A stretch of 48,429 nucleotides of DNA. Origin: Flavobacteriales bacterium. GTDB lineage: Bacteria > Bacteroidota > Bacteroidia > Flavobacteriales_F > PHOS-HE28. Below, in pieces: positions 27,921 to 37,190 of this stretch. How positions within the stretch are numbered: the first letter of the stretch is position 1; each line of letters starts with the position of its first letter. The translations under genes were made by a program, and so were the position numbers. The notes below the pieces were generated by a model. The model ran no database searches and was not told the DNA's origin. It worked only from the letters and a program-made list of their open reading frames with translations. The stretch spans positions 1 to 48,429 of the forward strand of contig JBEPUG010000004.1 of NCBI GenBank assembly GCA_041691695.1, in the 5' to 3' direction.

Positions 27921-28517
27921 ATGAGAACCTCTACGATGAATAAGACCTTTTCCATCGCCGTTGCGGCCGTGATGGTCATGGGCGGCCTGAGTGCCTGCGG
28001 AAGCAAGAAGAAAGCCGCCGAAGCTGCGAAGGCACCTACCGGTGAAACAGAAGTGAACGTGCTCTGCTCCGGGCCTGAGTATTTCACCGACGAGAAGAAC
28101 TTCCGTGCCAACAGCCTAGGTGAAAGCATGGACCAGGCCACCGCCGCTAAGAAGGCGATGTCCAACGCTCGCGCCGCCTTGGCCAGCGCGATCAATACGC
28201 AGGTGAAGACCGTGATCGATAACTATGTGAACAGCAGCGAGCTGAACAACAAGGAAGAGGTGGCCACCCGCTTCGAGGGACTTTCCCGCGAGGTGGTGGA
28301 CCAACAAATGGCCGGGACGAAGACCATCTGCGAGAAGACCGTGCGTGTCGACGCCACAGGCAATTACAAGACCTATGTGGCCATCGAGCTTAGCGCACAG
28401 GACCTGCTCGCCGCATACAACCAGCGCCTCAGCGCGGATGACAAACTGAAGGTGGATTACGATTATGAGAAGTTCAAGAAGACCTTCGACGCGGAGATGC
28501 AGAAACTGGGCAAATAG
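27921..28517 (+). CDS. small lipoprotein, LPP20-like
   Basis: Lipobox GGLSAC, then SLGESMDQATAAKKAMSNARAALASAINTQVKTVIDNY...YKTYVAIELS. The start could be ATG 27921 or 27936. Confidence 0.55.
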   Translation: MRTSTMNKTFSIAVAAVMVMGGLSACGSKKKAAEAAKAPTGETEVNVLCSGPEYFTDEKNFRANSLGESMDQATAAKKAMSNARAALASAINTQVKTVIDNYVNSSELNNKEEVATRFEGLSREVVDQQMAGTKTICEKTVRVDATGNYKTYVAIELSAQDLLAAYNQRLSADDKLKVDYDYEKFKKTFDAEMQKLGK

Positions 28518-28535
28518 CCCTTGCTCCTAATGAGT

Positions 28536-28573
28536 GAAGCCCTTCCCGGTCCGGGAAGGGCTTCGTTATTTTT
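28536..28573. terminator. strong hairpin terminator between convergent lipoprotein operon and MltF-like gene
   Basis: GAAGCCCTTCCCGG-T-CCGGGAAGGGCTTC (14-nt perfectly complementary arms) followed by GTTATTTTT. Confidence 0.8.
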
Positions 28574-28597
28574 GAAGATCAAGGGAGTTCGCTGCGG

Positions 28598-30013
28598 TCA
28601 GCGGAGGTCCTTCCCACGCATCCACGCGAAGAGTGTCACCACGTCGCGCACATACCAGTATGTGTCCTGCCCCCGACAATAGCCGGAGCGCGCCAAGGGG
28701 AGGGTGTAGAAATCCGGCCGGTTCAGCAGGACGATGGCACGGTCCACATTGTTGTCCCAGCGATCGGGATCGAGGCCGAGTTGCTTGGCCAATCGTTGCG
28801 CATCCTTTACGTGGCCTGGTCCTGCGTTATATGCCGCCAGCACGAACTTCAAACGTTGGGAAGGCGAAGGGATCTCGGAACGCCATATCGCATCCAGTTT
28901 TCCGAGGTAGCGTGAAGCGCCTTGGATGTGGCCATCAAGCCCGCTTTCCGCAGTTACGCCCATAAGCGCTGCGGTGGCCGGCATCATCTGCATCAGGCCG
29001 CCAGCGCCCATGTAGGAAACAGCGGCGGTGTCAAAGCTGGATTCCTTGAAGGCCACGGCGGCCAGTAATTTCCAGTCCCAGGAAAGGCTGTCGGAATGCG
29101 CCTGAAAGAGGCTGTCATAGGGTGATATGGCGTCCGATCCGGCGGCCACACTCGTGAAGGAGCGGATCGGCCCGCGCGTATCCAGGCCGTTGTCGTATGC
29201 CGCGATCATTGCTTTCCGTGCCTCGTATTCAGGGGCCAAGGCCAACCAAGTATCCAAGGCGTGAAGCAAATGCTCACTATTGGTTCGAACGCCGAATACC
29301 AGCGGAACGGAGCGGCCCACGCGGGCTTTGAACTGGATCAAGGGCAGTCGCTTGGCCTCCAGGGAACCGCAGGCATCGCTTATCAGAATATCGTTCTGGC
29401 GCCCGATGGCAACGCTGTCCAAGAGCTGCTGTGGCGTCATGGGAGTGATCCTGGCGACCCATGTAGTATCGCCCACCGTGAGGCGGCCAAGGGTATCCAA
29501 GAAAGGCGACCAGCGGCTGACGAGGAGGGTATCACTGTTGGCGAATGTGGTCTCCGTCGGATGGTCCACACCCACCATGCGCGTGACAGCCCGAGCAGAC
29601 GCCACGCGGCGGTAGGACTGGGTACAGGCTACGTACGGTGCTGCCCATCCACCCGGTGAGAGCTGGGCGGCGATGATATCGCCCCGGCCGTTCTGCAACA
29701 TGGCAAGCATACTATCCGGATCCGAGACGGGAACAGCCAGCACCGGCAGATGAAGTCGCTTGGCGAATCGCTCCAACAACTCCCATTCAAGACCTGTCAT
29801 TGCCCCTGGACGTACTTCCCATGTTAGAGGATCGCGCAGCACGAGGATGCGCAAGGTGTCCTTTTGGACATCGGAAAGGTCGCGGGAAACAGACGGTTTT
29901 GTCCAAGTGGGTCCAGTGGGGCCATGCGCCTCTTTTGCAGGATCGCGAGGGACGGCCATGAGGGCCATCAACAAGACGAAGCCGCCTGTGCCGAGGAGTT
30001 CTGCGCTACGCAT
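28598..30013 (-). CDS. membrane-bound lytic murein transglycosylase, MltF-like (solute-binding-like domain plus SLT domain)
   Basis: SLT catalytic region AVAFKESSFDTAAVSYMGAGGLMQMMP...AYNAGPGHV preceded by a periplasmic-binding-like domain. Start trimmed to MRSAELLGTGGFVLLMAL; it overlaps the acpH stop by 8 nt. Confidence 0.8.
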   Translation of the reverse strand: MRSAELLGTGGFVLLMALMAVPRDPAKEAHGPTGPTWTKPSVSRDLSDVQKDTLRILVLRDPLTWEVRPGAMTGLEWELLERFAKRLHLPVLAVPVSDPDSMLAMLQNGRGDIIAAQLSPGGWAAPYVACTQSYRRVASARAVTRMVGVDHPTETTFANSDTLLVSRWSPFLDTLGRLTVGDTTWVARITPMTPQQLLDSVAIGRQNDILISDACGSLEAKRLPLIQFKARVGRSVPLVFGVRTNSEHLLHALDTWLALAPEYEARKAMIAAYDNGLDTRGPIRSFTSVAAGSDAISPYDSLFQAHSDSLSWDWKLLAAVAFKESSFDTAAVSYMGAGGLMQMMPATAALMGVTAESGLDGHIQGASRYLGKLDAIWRSEIPSPSQRLKFVLAAYNAGPGHVKDAQRLAKQLGLDPDRWDNNVDRAIVLLNRPDFYTLPLARSGYCRGQDTYWYVRDVVTLFAWMRGKDLR

Positions 30014-30584
30014 TTTCCGGAGCCAGGTGAGCACGTAGTTGCGGTATGAATTCAAGACATTCACGCTCGAATTCAGCATGATGAGCTTGAAGTACCTGTT
30101 CGGCGCCAGCAAGCAATGGACCTGCGGGCGTGCGATGCGAAAGGCCGAGAAGAGCACGCCCGATGCCCGGGATCGTAGCATACATATTCAGCCAATCATG
30201 TTGGACCATGTAAGGGAGCATGTCCCTCGCACGATCCGGCATCAGCGCCTTATGCTTGGTGAGCAATGCATACATGCGTTGGGAGAAATCGGGCAAGGGT
30301 TCCGCGCTCAGTTCATTCCATCGATGGGCGATGGCATGGTCGTAGAACAGGTCCAGTGCCACTCCCGCATACTTGCCGCAATGTGCACGCAAACGCTCCC
30401 GCCCTTGTAGGGTCAAGGGATGTGTATCCGTGTAGCTATCGATGTGGCGATGCATGCGAATGCCTTTTTGAAGACCGTCGGAATAGGCGGACAGGTCGCG
30501 TCCCTTGACGCCATCCGCCATGAAATTGCCGACGATCGTCATCGGGTCATTTCCGGATACGAGGAGGTGCCCCAAAAAGTTCAT
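30006..30584 (-). CDS. acpH: acyl carrier protein phosphodiesterase
   Basis: MNFLGHLLVS...GNFMADGVKG...GIRMHRHIDSYTD...DLFYDHAIAHRW resembles my recalled E. coli AcpH (MNFLAHLHLA...ADFVRG...HRRID..TD). Start trimmed to ATG 30584. Confidence 0.8.
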   Translation of the reverse strand: MNFLGHLLVSGNDPMTIVGNFMADGVKGRDLSAYSDGLQKGIRMHRHIDSYTDTHPLTLQGRERLRAHCGKYAGVALDLFYDHAIAHRWNELSAEPLPDFSQRMYALLTKHKALMPDRARDMLPYMVQHDWLNMYATIPGIGRALLGLSHRTPAGPLLAGAEQVLQAHHAEFERECLEFIPQLRAHLAPENA

Positions 30585-30718
30585 GTCAAGTCGCAAAGTA
30601 CCGCGATCCCCGAATTACATCCATCCCACGTGTGGCCATCGGCTACCGGAGACAGGCCCCTGCTGCCGTTCATGGATCGGTGATGGATACACGCTGGCGA
30701 GACCGGTAATTTGCGGCC

Positions 30719-31810
30719 ATGGCGGCAAGACGTCCCACGCTATTGGTCTATTGGTCCACCCAAGTGGCGGCGTGGACCTTCTACATGGTCCTGCTGGGCC
30801 TGCCCGCTTGGCTGGCTGGCCCTTACCGGCAGGAATATCCATTCGTGCTGGCGGCCATGGCGGGCATCGGTATCGTGAGCAGCCATGTGTTCCGGGCGTG
30901 TTTCATGGAATGGGGGTGGATGGGCCTACGCATGGATCGGCTCTTCCTGCGGATATTGCTGGGAGCCGCCGCGCTGGGCATGGTAGCTGGTCTGTTGCAA
31001 GCGGGGCTTCACGACATCGCCTTCCCTTCCGCTGAGCGGGTACTGGGTGTGGGTGGACGACGTTTGCTGGAGATCCTGCTCAGCTGGATGCTGCAGCTCT
31101 TCGTATGGGCCGTGGTCTATGTGGCCTATCACTATATCGTGCGAAGTCGCTTGGAGGAATTGCGCGGTCTGCGCGTGGAAACGGCCAACAGGGAGGGCCA
31201 GTTAGCGAACCTCCGCAGCCAGCTGAATCCTCATTTCATGTTCAACGCGCTCAACAGTATCAGGGCATTGATAGAGGAGGATCCCGAGCGTGCGAAGCGG
31301 TCCATTACTCTACTCAGTGCTATTCTTCGCAACGCCATGGCCACCGTAAAACGGACCACTGTGCCTCTCGGTGAGGAGATCGACGTCGTGCGTTCCTACC
31401 TCGATCTGGAATCCATGAGGTACGAGGAACGGCTCCGCGTGCATTTTGATGTGGACCCGAAGCTCGAGCGTGAACCAGTGCCACCGATGATGTTGCAAAC
31501 GCTCGTTGAGAATGCGATACGGCACGGCATCGCAAGGCAGAAGGAGGGAGGTGAGGTCTCTATCGGCGCGCACATCGTTGAACGCGCCATGGTGATATCC
31601 GTGCGCAATACGGGCCATTACGTGAAGGCACGTGGCTTGGGCGGAGGTATCGGATTGAGGAACAGCATTCAGCGTCTGGCCCACATCTATGGGAAGAAGG
31701 CCCGCCTTGATATTCGCAACGATCGCGGCACCGTCCTTTGCGAGGTGCGCTTGCCATTCCCGTCCGGCGCCGAGGTCGATAACGGACACCCTTTAATTCC
31801 GGAACCATGA
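30719..31810 (+). CDS. sensor histidine kinase, LytS/YehU-type
   Basis: Multi-TM N-terminus, then LRSQLNPHFMFNALNSI (His_kinase family) and an HATPase_c region (LVENAIRHGI...GIGLRN). Confidence 0.88.
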   Translation: MAARRPTLLVYWSTQVAAWTFYMVLLGLPAWLAGPYRQEYPFVLAAMAGIGIVSSHVFRACFMEWGWMGLRMDRLFLRILLGAAALGMVAGLLQAGLHDIAFPSAERVLGVGGRRLLEILLSWMLQLFVWAVVYVAYHYIVRSRLEELRGLRVETANREGQLANLRSQLNPHFMFNALNSIRALIEEDPERAKRSITLLSAILRNAMATVKRTTVPLGEEIDVVRSYLDLESMRYEERLRVHFDVDPKLEREPVPPMMLQTLVENAIRHGIARQKEGGEVSIGAHIVERAMVISVRNTGHYVKARGLGGGIGLRNSIQRLAHIYGKKARLDIRNDRGTVLCEVRLPFPSGAEVDNGHPLIPEP

Positions 31811-32517
31811 AAGCGTTGATCATCGACGACGAACGCCTAGCGCGCAAGGAACTGATGCGCATGTTGGAGCCTTTTGAACAGATCACCGTGGTGGGTGAGG
31901 CTGCGAATGCCGACGAGGCCGAGCAGCAGGTGGCAGCCTTGCAGCCGGACCTTCTATTCCTGGATATCAACATGCCGGGGCGCGATGGCTTTGAACTGTT
32001 GGAGGCGCTTGATCCTGCGCCGCAGGTGGTCTTCGTCACTGCTTACGATGAGCATGCGGTGAAGGCCTTCGAGGTGAACGCGCTGGATTACCTGTTGAAA
32101 CCGATCGACCCTGCAAGGTTGGAGGCGGCGATAAGTAAGTTGTCCCAGCATGGAGATGAACAGACCATGCCGAGGGACAAGTTGGGGCCTGAGGACCGCA
32201 TCTTCTTGAAGGACGGCGAGAAGTGCTGGTTCGTAGCGCTGAAGGATGTGCGGCTTTTTGAGAGCGAAGGCAACTATGTGCGCGTGCGTTTCGATGTGAA
32301 CAAACCTTTGGTGCTGCGTTCTCTGAACAACCTCGAGAAGAAACTGGACCCGCACGTTTTCTTCCGTGCAAACCGAAAGCAAATGATAAACCTCTCCTTC
32401 GTGGACAAGATCGAACCTTGGTTCAGTGGAGGGCTGAATTGCACATTGACGACAGGTGAATTGGTGGAGGTAAGCCGCAGGCAGGCTTTGCGCTTCAAGG
32501 AGCTGATGAGCCTGTAG
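31807..32517 (+). CDS. LytTR-family response regulator
   Basis: Receiver domain (MKALIIDDE...LFLDINMPG..G) plus a LytTR DNA-binding domain (...IFLKDGEKCWFVALKDVRLFESEGNYVRV...). ATGA overlap with the kinase stop. Confidence 0.9.
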   Translation: MKALIIDDERLARKELMRMLEPFEQITVVGEAANADEAEQQVAALQPDLLFLDINMPGRDGFELLEALDPAPQVVFVTAYDEHAVKAFEVNALDYLLKPIDPARLEAAISKLSQHGDEQTMPRDKLGPEDRIFLKDGEKCWFVALKDVRLFESEGNYVRVRFDVNKPLVLRSLNNLEKKLDPHVFFRANRKQMINLSFVDKIEPWFSGGLNCTLTTGELVEVSRRQALRFKELMSL

Positions 32518-32637
32518 GGTTGGATCGAGCTCCGCATCAGGGTGATCACTACTTCCGGAAGGTTGTTGCCGACATGAGCCGGGTAATGCGCGGTGGACTG
32601 CAAGAGTGCCTATCTTGTCGATCAAATAGCCCCTAAC

Positions 32638-34740
32638 ATGAACAGACTTTCCTCTCTCGTTCTCGCGGTCCTTTTGCCGTTCATGCTTCTCGCAGGTTCC
32701 GGTGGCCCGGACCAATACGGCTACATCTGGAAGGACAGCGCCGATCCCAATGGCCCGATCTACTCGTGGATCGACATAACGACGGATGGCACATTGGTCA
32801 CTGGCTTGGGCGATGATAACGTTGTTGGACCACTGGTGATGACGGGCAACATGCCCTACTACTGGTACACTGTGAAGAACGTATGGATCGGCAGCAATGG
32901 TTACGTTGCTTTTAATGCTGGTAACATCGCTGCAGCCTTCCCCACGCTTCCGTCGCTGGGAGGCACGGACAATTTCATGGCCGCTTACATGGCGGATTTT
33001 ACTTTTGGAGGAGTGGGCAACCCTGGCCAATGCTACACCTATGACACACCGCAACAACTTGTGATCTCCTGGATAGACGTTCCTTTCTTCTCGGCGAGCT
33101 CGCCGGGATATACGGGCAGCAATACCTTCCAATTGATCATGGATAAGGGTGATAGCACCATCACCATGCAATACCAGAGCTGCACGGGTTTGAACGGGAG
33201 CAATGGGCCTGTGGTCGGCATCGAGAGTGTGACGGGTGACATCGGATTGGCTCGTTCGCAGTCATTGGCCCCCTCCGCGAACTATGCTGTGCGTTTCTAC
33301 AATCCGGCCAACCCATTACTCCAGATCACGGATGCATCCGTGGCTTGGGTGGGCGTGGTCGGCACCGGTGGTGCGTCCATATCAGTGGGTGATACCATGC
33401 CGATATTCGCCCGTATCCAGAACACAGGAAATGAGGAATATTCAGGGGCCAGTGTTACCAGCTCAGTGATCTCCCCTAACGGTACCACCCTTGTTACCGA
33501 GACCCTGCCCTTGGCCACCATGTCCCCAGGTTCCACTATCGATCCGGCCTTTACGGAGAATTTTATCCCTACCACACCTGGAACATACAAACATGTGGTC
33601 ACTGTCACAGGACTCACCGGAGAGTACAGTACTGGCAATAATACCGTAACGCGCGAAGTGGATGTGTATGACCCAACGGCCAGTGTGAACTTGGTCACTT
33701 GGGCCGGCCCTGCAGACGATGGCCTAGGCATTGGCTGGAATGGCGGTGATGGTGGATTGGGGGCCTACATCATTCCCCCTTCTTATCCCTGTCAGATCAC
33801 AGGCACCACGGTTCGGATCTCCAGCAACATCGGTTCAGCGTTCACCATGAAGGTCTACGATGACGATGGCGTTGACGGTGCGCCTGGGACCTTGTTGGAC
33901 AGCGCATACATTTCAGGTGCCGATGCCGGCGTCGGTGACCACATCTATCCTTTGACCACACCCATACAGGTCACTAGCGGTGGCTACTATGTGCAATGGT
34001 ACATGCAAGGGACCTTTGTGAATATTGCGGTCGATGTCGTGCCACCCTTCTCCCTAAGGAGTTATGAGGTGCTAGGGCACATATGGGCGAACTACCGCTA
34101 TCGGGATATTCAGGATCCTCACATTGGTCTGCAGATCGCTCTTGCGCCTTTCGTGGACATGGGTGTTGCTGGCATTCTCGGTATCACGAACGGGCAGACG
34201 ATCAGTGCGGCCACTCCTGTTAGCGCCTTGGTACAGAACTATGGCAACTCAACGGTCACAAACATTCCGGTACATTACCAGTTCAGCAGCGGCTTGGTGA
34301 CCACGCAGACCTACACGGGCGCTCCCATCCAGCCGGGCGCTTCCGCATTCGTGAATTTTACAACGCCGCTATATCTCGCTGACACTGCGGCAAGTGGAGA
34401 GTTCTGCGTTTGGACATCGGCCACAGCGGACACGCATGCTTACAATGATTCCAGTTGCGTGAGCCTCGATCTGGTCGCAGGGATCCACGAGCAAGGGAAT
34501 GTCAAACTCACACTCTTGCCGAATCCGGCGCAGGACATGCTTACTCTTACCGGACTGCCCACTGGCAATTTGTCGTGGGAGGTGATCGATGCGCGCGGCG
34601 AGCTCGTGCAGTTCGGGACCGGTGTGGCCAATGGCGGTCAATGGCAGTTGCGTACTTCTTCATTGGCCAACGGAGCCTATGCCTTGCGCGTAGTCGTGGG
34701 CCAACGCAACCTGACCGGGCGTTTCGTCGTGCAGCACTGA
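32638..34740 (+). CDS. T9SS-sorted secreted protein with NIDO-like N-terminal domain and CARDB-like repeats
   Basis: Signal peptide, then PDQYGYIWKDS...WIGSNGYVAF (NIDO-like) and two CARDB-like segments. C-terminal LLPNPAQDMLTL...GAYALRVV...RFVVQH is a T9SS sorting domain. Start trimmed to ATG 32638. Confidence 0.75.
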   Translation: MNRLSSLVLAVLLPFMLLAGSGGPDQYGYIWKDSADPNGPIYSWIDITTDGTLVTGLGDDNVVGPLVMTGNMPYYWYTVKNVWIGSNGYVAFNAGNIAAAFPTLPSLGGTDNFMAAYMADFTFGGVGNPGQCYTYDTPQQLVISWIDVPFFSASSPGYTGSNTFQLIMDKGDSTITMQYQSCTGLNGSNGPVVGIESVTGDIGLARSQSLAPSANYAVRFYNPANPLLQITDASVAWVGVVGTGGASISVGDTMPIFARIQNTGNEEYSGASVTSSVISPNGTTLVTETLPLATMSPGSTIDPAFTENFIPTTPGTYKHVVTVTGLTGEYSTGNNTVTREVDVYDPTASVNLVTWAGPADDGLGIGWNGGDGGLGAYIIPPSYPCQITGTTVRISSNIGSAFTMKVYDDDGVDGAPGTLLDSAYISGADAGVGDHIYPLTTPIQVTSGGYYVQWYMQGTFVNIAVDVVPPFSLRSYEVLGHIWANYRYRDIQDPHIGLQIALAPFVDMGVAGILGITNGQTISAATPVSALVQNYGNSTVTNIPVHYQFSSGLVTTQTYTGAPIQPGASAFVNFTTPLYLADTAASGEFCVWTSATADTHAYNDSSCVSLDLVAGIHEQGNVKLTLLPNPAQDMLTLTGLPTGNLSWEVIDARGELVQFGTGVANGGQWQLRTSSLANGAYALRVVVGQRNLTGRFVVQH

Positions 34741-34759
34741 GCTGGAACGGAAATTGATG

Positions 34760-34795
34760 GATGGCGCGGAGGTTAACTTCGCGCCATCTTTTTTT
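34760..34795 (+). terminator. rho-independent terminator after the T9SS cargo gene
   Basis: GATGGCGCG-(11 nt)-CGCGCCATC followed by TTTTTTT. Confidence 0.8.
34774..34781 (+). promoter_or_regulatory. candidate -7 box TAACTTCG upstream of the OmpH-like gene
   Basis: Lies in the loop and 3' arm of the terminator hairpin, 19 nt before ATG 34801. Confidence 0.3.
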
Positions 34796-34800
34796 GCACC

Positions 34801-35463
34801 ATGTCAAAACGTTCCCTGCTTTTTCTTCTCGTCTTTTGGAATGTACTGCTGACTGCGGCCATCGTCTGGTCCCTCGTTCGTGCGAGGGTGCCGATGAAGG
34901 TCCTGAAAAGCCAGCTGACGGAATTGAATGACACGATGCCATCGCCAGCGGAACCCGTGCAGCGCGACACCGCGGCACTGGCCAAAGGCCGTATCGCCTT
35001 CTTCTTCATGGATACGGTGCAGGCGAAGTACGACCTGGTGAAGGAGAGCACGGACCGCTTCCAGAGTGAAGGGAAACGCATGGAGGCCGCGCTGCAAAGT
35101 GAGATGCAAAAGGCGCAAGCCCGGTACAACGAACTCACTTCAAAGGACCATACCTACAGCACGCAAGGGGACATGCAGAAGGATCAGGCCGAATTGCAGC
35201 AGTTGGGCCAGAAGATCCAGGACATGCGTACGAGTTCACAGGACCAGTTGGACCAGATGCAGACCCGGATGCTGCAGGATATCACAGCGAAGATCCAGAA
35301 GTTCTTGGAGGACTATAACAAGACGGTCGGATACGACTACATCTTCAGTATCCAGAATGGCGGTCAGATCTGGGTGGGGAACAAAGGATTGGACATCACT
35401 GCGGACGTGGTGAGTGGATTGAACCAACAACACCACGCCAGTAAGGCGGGCACAGCCAAGTAG
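34801..35463 (+). CDS. OmpH/Skp-family periplasmic chaperone
   Basis: Signal anchor, a long coiled-coil Q/E/K-rich middle and a C-terminal ...YDYIFSIQNGGQIWVGNKGLDITADVVSGLN typical of OmpH. Confidence 0.75.
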   Translation: MSKRSLLFLLVFWNVLLTAAIVWSLVRARVPMKVLKSQLTELNDTMPSPAEPVQRDTAALAKGRIAFFFMDTVQAKYDLVKESTDRFQSEGKRMEAALQSEMQKAQARYNELTSKDHTYSTQGDMQKDQAELQQLGQKIQDMRTSSQDQLDQMQTRMLQDITAKIQKFLEDYNKTVGYDYIFSIQNGGQIWVGNKGLDITADVVSGLNQQHHASKAGTAK

Positions 35464-35519
35464 ATCTCTTCGCCCTTCGGTGTGCGATCCGGGGCTGTTC
35501 CACCCTCTATCCAAGAACG

Positions 35520-37082
35520 ATGAACTTCCGTTGCACCGCAGCGATCCTCATCTTCCTGATGGGAGGATGCGCGGTTATCGCCCAGACGCCCAACGTCAAG
35601 AGCGACCGGGTGGAGATCCTCAATGCCGACCGCTGGGATTTCGATCAACATGTGGCACCCGGGGCTCAGCGACTGATCGGTGATGTGCGATTCAAACAGG
35701 CCGATGCGCTGATGCATTGCGATAGTGCCTACTTCTATGACGACCAGCGCGTGGAGGCCTTCGGCCATGTGGGGATACAACAAGGCGACACGTTGGAGAT
35801 CACCGGTGACAGGTTGAGTTACTCCGGTAAGGACAGGACCGCAACTATCACCGGTCATGTACGGCTCAGTGATCCCGGCATGTTGCTCACTTCGGATGCA
35901 CTTCGATATGACCTGCTTGGACATCGTGCCGATTACGACACGGGTGCGCAGATCGTGAGCGCTCGCGATGGCAATACACTTACCAGTAAGCACGGCGCCT
36001 ATCTCGCGGAGCAACATCGCTTCATCTTCAGCGGGGATGTCCGCATCGAGCATCCCGACCGCACCATCACTGCGGATACGCTCCATTACATCACCACTAC
36101 TGGTATAGCTCGATTCTTCGGTCCAACGCACATTGTGCAAGGCACTACACACATGTACTGCGAGCGCGGCAGCTATGATACCCGTGCGGGCAACGGACGA
36201 TTCACCAAAGCGGGGCAGATCAGTACCTCAGGCCAGACCTTAACAGGCGACAGCCTGCACTACGACCGCGAAACAGGAGAAGGACTTGGATGGGGCCATG
36301 TTCAAGTGACAGATACCGCCAGCGACATGATCGTGCGCGGGGAACTGGGACGACACCTTCAGCAGGAGGGCCGATCGATGATCACCGGCAGGGCAGAACT
36401 GGTCATGCTCATGGGCAATGATTCGCTCTTCATGCATGCGGATACGCTCTTCGCTCTGCAGGACAGCATCCGCGGAAAGCGTGTGATCGCCCGGCAACAT
36501 GTGCGCTTCTTCAAGAGCGACCTGCAAGGTGTTTGCGATACGATGACCTATTCCGATCGTGACAGTCTGATCGTACTTCGCGGTTCGCCTTTCCTATGGA
36601 GCAATACGGACCAGATCAACGGCGATACCGTTCGTATCAAAATGTGCAATGGTCATGCGGAACGACTTTATGCGGAGGGTGATGCCTTTCTCATCTCCCA
36701 GGCGGACAGCATCCATTTCGATCAGGTGACCGGCACGATCATGACCGGCTACTTCCGGGATGACCACCTCGCCCGATTGGTCGCAGAGGGGAACAGCCGC
36801 ACGGCCTATTTCGCCCGCGAGAAGAGGGACGGGGTGGAGCGTACCACCGGACTTAACCGCGCGGATTGCAGTCGGATAGAGGTGGGGCTGGACAGCGGAA
36901 AGGTGAGTAGCGTCTCGTTCATCACAGCGCCGGATGCCGTGCTATACCCACTGGATCAGGCCCCAGCGGAGGATCTGCAACTGAAAGGCTTTGTATGGAA
37001 TGTGGCGGCGCGCCCGAAGGACCGGGAGGATATTTTCCGGGAGATGCCTTCCGTGGAAGCGGTACCGATCGAAGGTAAGTGA
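35520..37082 (+). CDS. OstA-like (LptD N-terminal-like) repeat protein
   Basis: Signal peptide, then repeated beta-jellyroll-like segments (GDVRFKQADALMHCDSAYFY, GHVRLSDPGMLLTSDALRYD, GDVRIEHPDRTITADTLHY ...). Confidence 0.65.
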   Translation: MNFRCTAAILIFLMGGCAVIAQTPNVKSDRVEILNADRWDFDQHVAPGAQRLIGDVRFKQADALMHCDSAYFYDDQRVEAFGHVGIQQGDTLEITGDRLSYSGKDRTATITGHVRLSDPGMLLTSDALRYDLLGHRADYDTGAQIVSARDGNTLTSKHGAYLAEQHRFIFSGDVRIEHPDRTITADTLHYITTTGIARFFGPTHIVQGTTHMYCERGSYDTRAGNGRFTKAGQISTSGQTLTGDSLHYDRETGEGLGWGHVQVTDTASDMIVRGELGRHLQQEGRSMITGRAELVMLMGNDSLFMHADTLFALQDSIRGKRVIARQHVRFFKSDLQGVCDTMTYSDRDSLIVLRGSPFLWSNTDQINGDTVRIKMCNGHAERLYAEGDAFLISQADSIHFDQVTGTIMTGYFRDDHLARLVAEGNSRTAYFAREKRDGVERTTGLNRADCSRIEVGLDSGKVSSVSFITAPDAVLYPLDQAPAEDLQLKGFVWNVAARPKDREDIFREMPSVEAVPIEGK

Positions 37083-37100
37083 AGAAGGCAGTGGGCAGCG

Positions 37101-37190
37101 GCAGCTGACGGTTGCAGTTGGTAGGTGCGGTCTGAAGTGCGCGTTGGCGCTGCAACGCCGGACAACCGACAACGAACAATTGACAACTAC
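37101..37190. repeat. word-repeat imperfect palindrome (CAGTTG/GACAAC family, copy 2)
   Basis: GCAGCTGACGGTTGCAGTTGGTAGG faces GACAACCGACAACGAACAATTGACAACTAC around the central hairpin GCGTTG-GCGCTG-CAACGC (37141-37158). It shares the AGTTGTCA word with 7708-7730. Confidence 0.55.

Noticed and set aside
31954-33171. 405-aa minus-strand ORF
   Set aside because: It is antisense to the LytTR regulator and T9SS cargo genes and spans their intergenic gap. No motifs are recognisable.
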